A stretch of 64,000 nt of DNA from an uncultured bacterium (GTDB taxonomy: Bacteria; Krumholzibacteriota; Krumholzibacteriia; LZORAL124-64-63): contig CAVSZB010000003.1 of the NCBI GenBank assembly GCA_963732385.1, forward strand, positions 1-64,000, given 5' to 3'. Positions 20,453-29,835 of this stretch are shown piece after piece (position 1 is the first letter of the stretch; each line of letters starts with the position of its first letter). Position numbers and translations under genes: made by a program. The notes under the pieces are model-generated. The model did not search any database. It worked only from the letters and a program-made list of their open reading frames with translations, and had not been told where the DNA came from.

Positions 20453-21433
20453 TCAGTGCGCGTGCGCCGGCGCGCCGTGCTCCTCCGCATGCTCCTTGTG
20501 CGGCAGCATGAGGGCGATGTACACGGTCGACAGCAGCGTGAACACGAGCGCCTGGATGACGCTCGTCAAGAGCCCCAAAAACATCAGCGGCACCTGGATC
20601 GGCAGGCCGATCGGCACGTGCAGCCCCGCCAGCATGCCGGCGCCCAGCACGATGAAGGTCGCCACCAGCGTCTCTTCGCCGAAAATGTTCCCGTAGAGTC
20701 GCAGGCTCAGGCTCATCGGCTTGATGAACTCGCCCAGCACGTGCAGCGGGAACAGCAGCAGCGAAAAGCCCCACTCCATGCCGTTGCGTGGCGAACCGGC
20801 CAGGTGATGCAGGTAACCGAGCACGCCGTTCTTCCGGATGCCGATCCCCTGCACATAGAAGAAGGTGCAGAGCGCCAGGCCGATGGTCGTGTTGAGCACT
20901 GACGTGGCGGCGAACATCAGCGGCACCATGCCCAGCAGATTGTTGAACAGGATGAACAGGAACAGCGTGCCGAGATACGGCGTGTAGGCCCGCGCCTCGG
21001 GTCCCATCACGGAGCGGAACAGGCCGTACAGCCCGTCGAACATCATCTCCACGGCGGCCTGCAGCCGGCCCGGGTGGTCGGTCTGTTTCGCCGCGACGCG
21101 CGACAACACCGTGATCAGGAGGATCGCCACCAGCGCCGCGAACAACTGCGCCTGGAAACGCATCAGGAAGGTCGATGTCCGGGTCGGCTCGGGCCGTCCC
21201 CCCTGCGCCAGCTTCGCCGCCAGCGTGACCAGATTGACGGCGTGCTCGCCGCCGTGCTCCCCGCCCGCCGCTTCGCCGTGAACGGCCTCCGCAGCCTCGT
21301 CAGGCGCGACTTCGTGAACGGAGGGCGGCACGGCGTGCTCCTGCGCGCACGCGACGGCGACGGCGCCGCAAACGAGCGCGGCGGCCAGCCACAGGGCTGG
21401 AATGGACGGGAGGATCCGAATCCGTCTATGCAT
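20453..21433 (-). CDS. atpB: ATP synthase a subunit with N-terminal extension
   Basis: PGRLQ, NNLLGMVP, SLSLRLYGNI, IQALVFTLL. Confidence 0.96.
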   Translation of the reverse strand: MHRRIRILPSIPALWLAAALVCGAVAVACAQEHAVPPSVHEVAPDEAAEAVHGEAAGGEHGGEHAVNLVTLAAKLAQGGRPEPTRTSTFLMRFQAQLFAALVAILLITVLSRVAAKQTDHPGRLQAAVEMMFDGLYGLFRSVMGPEARAYTPYLGTLFLFILFNNLLGMVPLMFAATSVLNTTIGLALCTFFYVQGIGIRKNGVLGYLHHLAGSPRNGMEWGFSLLLFPLHVLGEFIKPMSLSLRLYGNIFGEETLVATFIVLGAGMLAGLHVPIGLPIQVPLMFLGLLTSVIQALVFTLLSTVYIALMLPHKEHAEEHGAPAHAH

Positions 21434-21824
21434 CTGTCCCTCGCGGCGGCTTTTCGCCCCCGGGCGCGGCGCGGCGTGAAAACCCGGCAACCGCAACCAG
21501 GGTTGTCAGCAGCAGGGAGAATCCTATCAGGTGACTGGTCGGCGGAAAAATCCGGGCCAGCAGGGCCCAGACCGCCACACCGTACAGAAGGACCTTGCCG
21601 GCGGCCAGCATCGCGATCGCGCCGGTCGCCCGCGGGCCGCCCGGCGGCACGAGTGCGCGCCGCGTCAGCCCCTCGAGCATCCAGAATCCCGCCGCGGCCC
21701 ACGCCGCAGTCAGGAAAACGCCGAGAGCGTAGCGGGCCGACACCGTAAAGACCAGCACTAAGGAAAGCCCGCCTGCGACGATCATCGTCCACAGTCGGGC
21801 CCGCTTGAGGATCACGCTGTTCAC
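21426..21824 (-). CDS. atpI: ATP synthase protein I-like membrane protein
   Basis: Four hydrophobic segments, position upstream of atpB. Confidence 0.7.
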   Translation of the reverse strand: MNSVILKRARLWTMIVAGGLSLVLVFTVSARYALGVFLTAAWAAAGFWMLEGLTRRALVPPGGPRATGAIAMLAAGKVLLYGVAVWALLARIFPPTSHLIGFSLLLTTLVAVAGFSRRAAPGGEKPPRGTDA

Positions 21825-22054
21825 CGGCCGCGACCATCCCGCGTGACAAGGAGCCAGATCTGCCGTCCCGCAGCCACCAGGCCGAACATCGCCCCCCCGG
21901 CGCTCGGCCAGGGGGCGTGGCCCCACTTCTTCTCGATCAGCGTGCCCAGGAAGTACCCGAGCGCCGGCCCCACCACGAGCATCATCGGGATCGCCGTATA
22001 GGCGCCGATGTCCCGGATCTGCCGGCCCCGACGATCCTCAGGCGACTCTCTCAC
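21821..22054 (-). CDS. atpZ: AtpZ/AtpI-family small membrane protein
   Basis: G..LGYFLG..I...WG..PW...G...GL.A pattern; first gene of atp operon. Confidence 0.75.
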   Translation of the reverse strand: MRESPEDRRGRQIRDIGAYTAIPMMLVVGPALGYFLGTLIEKKWGHAPWPSAGGAMFGLVAAGRQIWLLVTRDGRGR

Positions 22055-22617
22055 CGCGACACCCCCGGCCAACGGATCGCCGCCACCGAGCGTCCCGCCC
22101 AAGGCGGGGCTCAGGAAACCCTCCAGGGGGGAGGATGTCAACTGAAAGTCCGCAACCGGGGCCGCGGAGTGTGCGCGATCGGTAGACAGGCATCCGGTAC
22201 GAGACTGCGATCGCGCGTAGCAGCCACCGCAGAAAATAAAGCTTTTGTTTATACAGTTGCGCCAGAATTGGCAATTCATATATGTTTGGTTTATGAAAGT
22301 AACTATTTATGCTGCCCTCGAAGCGTCGTATTTTTCGGTCCGCAGCGCCCCCGGCGAACCCACGCAGGAAGCGGCGCGCCCAGAGCATGTCTGCGGCGGC
22401 GCAGGGATTGGGCTCTTCGTTTCTCCTGAACATTTCCCTCGCCCTGAAAACGCCCGCCACCGGAATGAATGCGGATGTGCTATCCTGTCGACGCGCCCGA
22501 GACTGCCCGTCGACCCGGACCGTTCCCGACGCATGCGGATTGCATCGCGACATGTCTACTCATTTTCGGGCGAAGCTGGCGACCCTGGCGACCTCGCCCA
22601 ACTCGGAGGGATGCACT

Positions 22618-23322
22618 ATGAAACGGCAACAACTATTGGCCGTGGTGTTGTCTGTCCTCGTCCTCCTGCCGGTGCTGGCCCAGGCTGACCCGGTGACCGG
22701 GATCTTCAGATCGACAGATCTGGGCGGCTCCATTCTCACCGGTCGCGCCTCGACGTGGCGGCCGGGAGTCAACTCCGGACTTCCCCATGTCGCACACATC
22801 CAGTCCTGGGACGGCGCGAACCTCGGCGCGCAGTGGGACATCAGCTGCCCGATCGAGACCGTCAACTTCCTTGTGCAGGACAACCGCATCGGCGGCGTCG
22901 GCACCATCGTCTACACGTCGACCTTCACCGGCGGCACCTTCAACCTATACGCCGGCGGCTGGCCGTGGGGCGACGGTACCGCGACGCTCTTCACGACGTC
23001 GCTTATCACGACGGTCCAGTACATAATGTACCTCGGCGTGAGCACCCCGGTCGCTTCGGTCGTCAACGGCAACACGTCGGGCCTCTTCTCGAACGGCTGC
23101 CAGCTGGCGTTCGCCATCGCCAACGGCTCCGGCGTCGGCGAGACCCCCTTCTTCACAAAGCCGGCCACCTACCCGACGTTCCTCGACGCCAGTTGCGCCG
23201 CCGCGTCCCCCAGCCTGCAGTACGGGACCTGGGGCGACGTCAGCACAATCACGCTGGGCATCGACTGCACGGTCCCCAACGATCAGACGACCTGGGGCGG
23301 CATCAAGAGCGTCTACCGCTAG
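22618..23322 (+). CDS. Secreted protein with C-terminal TTWGGIKSVYR motif
   Basis: GGAGG RBS, signal peptide ending AQA, beta-rich Cys-containing body. Confidence 0.85.
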   Translation: MKRQQLLAVVLSVLVLLPVLAQADPVTGIFRSTDLGGSILTGRASTWRPGVNSGLPHVAHIQSWDGANLGAQWDISCPIETVNFLVQDNRIGGVGTIVYTSTFTGGTFNLYAGGWPWGDGTATLFTTSLITTVQYIMYLGVSTPVASVVNGNTSGLFSNGCQLAFAIANGSGVGETPFFTKPATYPTFLDASCAAASPSLQYGTWGDVSTITLGIDCTVPNDQTTWGGIKSVYR

Positions 23323-23353
23323 TCCGCGCCGCGCCGGACCGCACCCCAAAACG

Positions 23354-23381
23354 ATCGGGCGGACCGCATGGCCCGCCCGAT
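23354..23381 (-). terminator. Hairpin terminator between convergent paralogs
   Basis: ATCGGGCGG-n10-CCGCCCGAT followed by CGTTTT on the minus strand. Confidence 0.6.
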
Positions 23382-23429
23382 TCGCGTGAAGGCGATCACC
23401 CCGCAGCGGGGAATCCCGCCCGGCATACC

Positions 23430-24143
23430 CTAGCGGTACAGCGCCTTGATCCCGCCCCAGCTCTGCTCCACGTCGCCAACGGAGCAGCCGGCGATGTAGA
23501 GCGTCAACTGCGCCAGATTCCACCACGCCCCGTTGACGCCGGCAGGATTGCAGTCCGGGGTCAACAGCGCCGGATAGCCGGCCGGCAGCGTTCCGCCGGA
23601 GAGCGTGTCGCCAATCTTCGCGCCATTGCCGACCGTGAACCCGAGGCAGAGCGAGTCGTACCCGATGATCATCGCCGACGCCTGGATGTTGGTCGTCGCC
23701 GCAATCGGCGTGAACGCCGCATAGGTCACCGTCTCGATCTCCACGTAGGACGCGATCGGCCCCGTGTACTCCGCGTCCCCCGTGGACCACGGCCCGCTCC
23801 CGCTCAGCCAGATCGTGCCGCCTGAAAACGTCTTGCGCCAGGTCCGGGTGCCGTACCCCTGCGCATTCACCAGGTCATCGAGCAACACCGCATCGCTCAG
23901 TTCAATCGCGCACGCGTAGGCCCACGACCCGCCGAGCGTCACCCCGTCCCAGGAAGAGGCGTTGAGCGTGGTCCCGGCCTGCATGGCCCCCCCGCCCGTG
24001 GCCCAGCTCTCGGTGTACCGGCCGACCGGCACCGGCCCCCCGAGATCGGTCGAGGTCCAGATTCCCTCCAGCGGCGCCCCCGCCAAAACAATGGCCGGAA
24101 GAACCAGGGTGAGCAGAAATGCGAATTTAGCCGTTGATCTCAT
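23430..24143 (-). CDS. Paralogous secreted protein with C-terminal QSWGGIKALYR motif
   Basis: GGAGG RBS, signal peptide; shares STDLGG, SWDG..LG..W...C and F.GGT with 22618-23322. Confidence 0.85.
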   Translation of the reverse strand: MRSTAKFAFLLTLVLPAIVLAGAPLEGIWTSTDLGGPVPVGRYTESWATGGGAMQAGTTLNASSWDGVTLGGSWAYACAIELSDAVLLDDLVNAQGYGTRTWRKTFSGGTIWLSGSGPWSTGDAEYTGPIASYVEIETVTYAAFTPIAATTNIQASAMIIGYDSLCLGFTVGNGAKIGDTLSGGTLPAGYPALLTPDCNPAGVNGAWWNLAQLTLYIAGCSVGDVEQSWGGIKALYR

Positions 24144-24382
24144 GATTTCCTCCGGGGCGAGAGTTTTGGTTGCAGAGGATGCTGCGGCAGGCAGATTATC
24201 AGAATCTAGAGGAATATGCAAGCATATAGTCACAGTTGAATGGCGAGTGGGATTCAGCCACCGCAGGGCCAACCTCGGCGCCTGGCGCGAGGAGGACAAT
24301 CGCCAGCCCGCGCACCAACGTGTGGCGCCCGCAGGGCGGTGCATGCGTGCGAAGGTGTTGTGGCTGCGGCAGGTCCGCCGCC

Positions 24383-24817
24383 CTACCGTTTCAGCGGATC
24401 CATCCCCCCGCCGGAGCTCGCCGTCGCCGCGACCGTCAGCGGCGCCGCTTTGCCGCCGCCCATGCTGCAGTTGCCCTCGAACACCACGCCTTCGTCGATC
24501 ACCAGGCGCTTCGTGCGGATGTCGCCCTCGAGGCGGGAGCCGGCCTGCAGCTCGATTTTGTTCTCGGCCTGGATGTTGCCGTAGAGTTGGCCGCCGATCA
24601 CCGCGCTCTTGACCTTGCACTGGGCGTGTACGACGCCGGACTTGCCGACGATCAGGTTCTCGGGCGTTTCGACCGTGCCTTTGAATTCACCCTCGATCCT
24701 CAGGGTGCCGCGCAATTCGATCTTGCCTTCGAATTTGCAGCCCTGGGCCAGGATGGAGGTCTGGTTGCCGGTGCGATCGGGCTGGGTGTCCTGGGTTTCG
24801 GCTTCTTTTCCGAACAT
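24383..24817 (-). CDS. Bactofilin (polymer-forming cytoskeletal protein)
   Basis: SIL..GCKFEG.I...GTLRIEG, LEGDI....LVIDEGVVFEGNCSM. Confidence 0.93.
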   Translation of the reverse strand: MFGKEAETQDTQPDRTGNQTSILAQGCKFEGKIELRGTLRIEGEFKGTVETPENLIVGKSGVVHAQCKVKSAVIGGQLYGNIQAENKIELQAGSRLEGDIRTKRLVIDEGVVFEGNCSMGGGKAAPLTVAATASSGGGMDPLKR

Positions 24818-24842
24818 GATTCTTGCCTCCCGTAACCGCGGG

Positions 24843-25691
24843 TCAGCGCGGGGGATCGCCGGGGATGATCAGGCGCGGGTCGATGGCCACGCCATCCTTC
24901 CAGACCTCGAAGTGCAGGTGGGGGGCGCTGGCCTGGCCGGTGCCGCCCAGAGTGCCGATCTGTTGGGCGCGGTCCACGCGGTCGCCCTCCTGCACCGAGA
25001 GTCGACTGCAGTGACCGTAGACCGTTACATACCCCAACCCGTGGGTTATTTCAACATAGTTACCGAGGAAATTGTCCCAGCCGGCGACGGTGACGATCCC
25101 TTTGCCGGCGGCTTTCAGGGACGTTTCGAGGGGGGCGACGATGTCGAGGGCGGCATGGGCCCCATTGCCGTCCCTGTCGGCGGCGGTAAACCCGCGCGTG
25201 ACATAGCCGGAAACGGGCCAGAGGTCGGGCGGGGGGGCGGCGATCAGGCCGATGCCGGGGCCGGGGGCGCCGGTGGGGGAGCCGGCGGGGCGGCGGGCCG
25301 GTTCGTCGGGCAGGCTTGCGGCGCCAGGGAGCGGGGCGTCGGGCGGGCCGGAGAGGCCGGCGCCGGTCGGGGCGGTGGGAGTCACGCCGAGCATGGCCAG
25401 GACCTGGTCCTGCATGCGGCGCATCTGGTCGAGCTCCTTGTTCAGATCGCGGACGCGCTCGAGCTGGTCGGAGGCATCGCGCAGTTCGCGCTGGAGACGC
25501 GACACCTGCGAGGAGCGCAGCACCAGCACGGCGTAGGTCGCCAGGAAGGTCACCACCAGCAGAGCGAGCAGGGCGGCCACGCCGAGCACGATCGCCAGGA
25601 GGCGGCGGCGCAGCACGAACTCGTGGCTGGGGTGGTCGTCGCCCGGAATGTAGATCAGGCGGGCACGCGGCGGCAGATGCAGAAACGGCAC
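24843..25691 (-). CDS. M23 peptidase with TM and coiled coil
   Basis: HAALD (HxxxD), YGHC, PHLHFEV. Confidence 0.92.
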   Translation of the reverse strand: MPFLHLPPRARLIYIPGDDHPSHEFVLRRRLLAIVLGVAALLALLVVTFLATYAVLVLRSSQVSRLQRELRDASDQLERVRDLNKELDQMRRMQDQVLAMLGVTPTAPTGAGLSGPPDAPLPGAASLPDEPARRPAGSPTGAPGPGIGLIAAPPPDLWPVSGYVTRGFTAADRDGNGAHAALDIVAPLETSLKAAGKGIVTVAGWDNFLGNYVEITHGLGYVTVYGHCSRLSVQEGDRVDRAQQIGTLGGTGQASAPHLHFEVWKDGVAIDPRLIIPGDPPR

Positions 25692-25694
25692 GAG

Positions 25695-27098
25695 TCAGTC
25701 CTCCGGTCCGGACGGCAGGGCGCGCGGCCGCGGGAACGTCAGCGTGAAACGGGTCCCCTCGCCCGGGCGGCTCTCCATGTCGATGCGGCCACCGTGCTCG
25801 TGAACGATTCGGGCTACGATCGACAGGCCGAGGCCGGTCCCCTTGCCGTACTCCTTCGTCGTGAAGAACGGCAGGAAGACCTGATCGTGGAACTCGGGGG
25901 CGATCCCCTCTCCGGTGTCGGCGAACACCACTTCCGTCTCGCCAGGCTCCCCCTCGCCGATCGTCACCGTGACCCGGCCGCCGGACGGCATGGCATCGAG
26001 GGCATTGGCGAGCAGATTGAAGAACACCTGGTCGAGCTCGTTGCGGTTGCCGATCACGAAGGCCGGCGAGCGCTCCTCGACCGTGGCCTCCACGTTGGCG
26101 AGGTGAATCGTCTTGTCGAGCAGGTGCATGGTCTCGCTCACTGCGTCGGCCAGGTTGACCACGCCGCGCGCCTCGCCCGAGGGGCGGGCGAAGTTGAGCA
26201 GTCCTTTGATGATACCGCGGCACTGTTCGGTCTGGCGGACGATGCGGCGCACGTCCTCGAGCTCGTCGTCCACCTTTATGGTTTCCTCGAGCATCTGCGC
26301 CGAGAGCAGGATCGAGCCGAGCGGCGTGTTCAGCTGGTGGGCGATGCCGGCGGCAAGCTGGCCGATGCCGGCCAGTTTCTCGGTCTCGCTCATCTTGGTG
26401 GCAAGCTGCTTCTCCGAGGTGATGTCGCGGGCGATGACCACACAGGCGCGCGCGGGGTCCCCCGTCCCGCCGCTGGCGCTGGTGGGCGAAATGGTCAGCG
26501 AGATCTGGCCGCCGCTGCGGCCGCCGCGCGGAAACGGGAACTCGAAGGTGAGGCTGCGACCGAGGCGTTCGGCGTCAGCCATGGCGCGGTCCATCTCCAT
26601 GCCGCAGCAGAAGTGGATGTCGGCGAACGGGCGCGACAGCACATCGCGGCGCGGCGCGCTGAACAGGGCCTCGGCCGCCTTGTTCCACTCCTGCACACAC
26701 CCCTCGGCGTCGAGCAGGAAGATCGCCTCGCCGGCATGGTTGATGATATTGCGGTACTTGCTCTCGGAGCGGCGCAGGCGGATCTGTTCGAGGTGGCGAC
26801 GGCGACGCGAGAACCAGAAGAGCCAGCCGGTGCCGAGCAGGATCAGGTGCAGCACGGGCGAGGTGAGCAGGGGCCAGAGGCTGCGATCGGCCGCGAGCGC
26901 CTCGCGCAGCGCGAGCCGCAACGACGGTTCGCGGTGCAACACTTTCCACAGCTCGGCCAGCAACAGCATCATGACGGCCGCGGTCAGGACCACCAGCACG
27001 CCCCGCAACAGGTTCAGCCGCGCGCCCAGCCGCGCGCGCAGCCTGAGCGGGCGGCGGAGCCGGGGCGTCGGGCGACTGTCGCGCGGGCGGGCGTTCAC
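25695..27098 (-). CDS. Membrane PAS-domain sensor histidine kinase
   Basis: 2 TM, PAS, EKLA.IGQLAAGIAHQLNTP, NLLANALDA, DTGEGI, PFFTTK, GTGLGL. Confidence 0.93.
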   Translation of the reverse strand: MNARPRDSRPTPRLRRPLRLRARLGARLNLLRGVLVVLTAAVMMLLLAELWKVLHREPSLRLALREALAADRSLWPLLTSPVLHLILLGTGWLFWFSRRRRHLEQIRLRRSESKYRNIINHAGEAIFLLDAEGCVQEWNKAAEALFSAPRRDVLSRPFADIHFCCGMEMDRAMADAERLGRSLTFEFPFPRGGRSGGQISLTISPTSASGGTGDPARACVVIARDITSEKQLATKMSETEKLAGIGQLAAGIAHQLNTPLGSILLSAQMLEETIKVDDELEDVRRIVRQTEQCRGIIKGLLNFARPSGEARGVVNLADAVSETMHLLDKTIHLANVEATVEERSPAFVIGNRNELDQVFFNLLANALDAMPSGGRVTVTIGEGEPGETEVVFADTGEGIAPEFHDQVFLPFFTTKEYGKGTGLGLSIVARIVHEHGGRIDMESRPGEGTRFTLTFPRPRALPSGPED

Positions 27099-28059
27099 GA
27101 CAGGTCAGCGTCCACGCCCATCGCCGCCAGGACGCGTTCGAGGTCGTCGTCCGAGAAGAAGCGCACCGCGATGACGCCGTGCTTCGTCTTCACGTCGCGC
27201 TCGATGACCACCGGCGCGCCGAGGTGTCGCTCCGCGCGCTCGCGCAGGGCGCGCACCTCACGGGTCTCGTCGCTACCGCCGTCGGCGCCGCGCTTGCGGC
27301 CCCCGCGCGGCGTGCGGGGCGCCCCACCCATCACCAGCGCCTGCGCGCGCCGCTCGCACTCGCGCACCGACAGCCCGCGCGCGCGGCAGAGCCGCGCCAG
27401 GCGCAGGCGCGCCGCGGCATCGGGCACCGACAGCAGCGCCTTGGCGTGGCCGCGGCTGATGCCGCCATCGCGCAACAGTTGCTGGATCTCCTCATCGAGC
27501 ATCAGCAGGCGCAGAGTATTGGTGACGGTGCTGCGGTTCTTGCCGAGCATCGTGGCCAATTCCTCCTGCGTGGCGCCGTAGGCGTCGAGCAGCCGGCGGT
27601 ACGCCGCGGCCTCCTCGAGCGCGTTGAGGTCCTCGCGCTGGATGTTCTCCAGCAGCGCCACCCGCAGCGCCTCGGTCTCCTCATAGGTGCAGATGATTGC
27701 CGGCACCTCGGACAGACCGGCCAGTCGCGCCGCCCGCACCCGCCGCTCCCCCGCCACCACGCAGTAGGCCGGATCGCCCGGTGTTTCGGCCGGCGGTCCG
27801 CCCGGCAGATCGGTCAGCCGCGCCACTGTTTCGTCGCCGCGCAGCCTTCGCACCAGCACCGGCTGCAGTACCCCCACCTGACCTATGGAATCGGCCAGCT
27901 CACCTAAACTGCTCTCGTCAAATGATTTACGCGGCTGGTCCGGATTCAGGCCGATCACGTTGAGCCTCAGGTGGCGCACTTCCCGTTCCCCAAGCCGGCT
28001 CGACCCCTCGGCCCCCGGGATCAGTGCCGACAGCCCCTTGCCCAGCACGCGCCCCTGCT

Positions 28060-28063
<4 letters not shown>
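27095..28063 (-). CDS. parB: Chromosome partitioning protein ParB
   Basis: LGKGLSALI, QPRK.F, VAGERRVRAA, ENIQREDLN, HTH. Confidence 0.96.
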
Positions 28064-28866
<803 letters not shown>

Positions 28867-29037
28867 GGCGCTCGGCATCCTTCCTTCTGACGCTTGCGAG
28901 GGTGCCCCCTGATGAGCAGGCGGCCCGGGCGTCATGAACAGCGACGACACGGAAAGTTATAGGCGAGCGGGCCTCGCTGTCCAGCCCTTTGTCCAGAAAT
29001 GGGCGCCGGGAGGGGCGTTGCGCCGATCCTGTGGCAA

Positions 29038-29099
29038 GGTTCTACATGGAACACCCGCTGGCAATGAGGGCGCGACCCACCCAGGTTCCCCGTGGAACC
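29038..29099. promoter_or_regulatory. Two parS-like sites
   Basis: GGTTCTACATGGAACA (29038-29053) and GGTTCCCCGTGGAACC (29084-29099) versus consensus TGTTNCACGTGNAACA; just upstream of parA. Confidence 0.7.
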
Positions 29100-29130
29100 C
29101 GGCGGCCCGCGGCAGAGGCGGAAACTCTTC

Positions 29131-29835
29131 TCACGTTGAGGCTGGTGGCCTTCCATATATGGAAAGGAGAAGACTGGCTCCCGACTCAGCGGGCCCGCAT
29201 GGCAGGAGCCAACAGCTCTCGTCGCCCGGCAGAGACAGCTCCCCTCTTAACGCCGCAGGGATTGGCCCTGCCGGGGTGGTGGGCCGGACACGGGCAATGA
29301 CGATTCGCGGCGAAGAAACCTCCCCCCTCTCACCGACTGAGCGATGCCAGCCGGACAACACCTGGGGATCGGTCAGCCGGAGCGCCATGAGAGAAAGAAT
29401 CCAGGTTCCGGGGGTGGCCGCAGGATCGACAGGCAGCGACTCTGCCCCCCATCGAGCGGCCTGTACGCCCGTGCCCTTCAGCCCGGCCAGCGCCACCATC
29501 CGCTCCAGGAACCAGGCGCGCCTGGCCCTCGGCTCCACCAGGCAGGAGACGACCGGCGGCTCCCGCATCCCGGCCAGAAGCCACGGAATACCGGGAAAAC
29601 CACCCCCGGAACCGATATCCACGTAGCCAACGCTCCCCCGCGCCAGATCCTCCGCAGCAGCCGGCGCCAGCTCGCCGAGCCCCGCCACCAGCGTCACCCA
29701 GGCCGCAGCACACTGGTCAATGAGCAGCGACACCTGCCGTTCGGGGCTTTCGCGGGAGACGAGATTGGTTTGAACGTTCCAGCGCAGCAGTTCGCGCCGG
29801 TAGATCGCCAGTGGATCCCGTATCTCGTCGGTCAT
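29131..29835 (-). CDS. rsmG: 16S rRNA m7G methyltransferase (divergent)
   Basis: WN..TNLVS, DIGSGGGFPGIP; lies between mnmG and parA. Confidence 0.8.
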   Translation of the reverse strand: MTDEIRDPLAIYRRELLRWNVQTNLVSRESPERQVSLLIDQCAAAWVTLVAGLGELAPAAAEDLARGSVGYVDIGSGGGFPGIPWLLAGMREPPVVSCLVEPRARRAWFLERMVALAGLKGTGVQAARWGAESLPVDPAATPGTWILSLMALRLTDPQVLSGWHRSVGERGEVSSPRIVIARVRPTTPAGPIPAALRGELSLPGDESCWLLPCGPAESGASLLLSIYGRPPAST

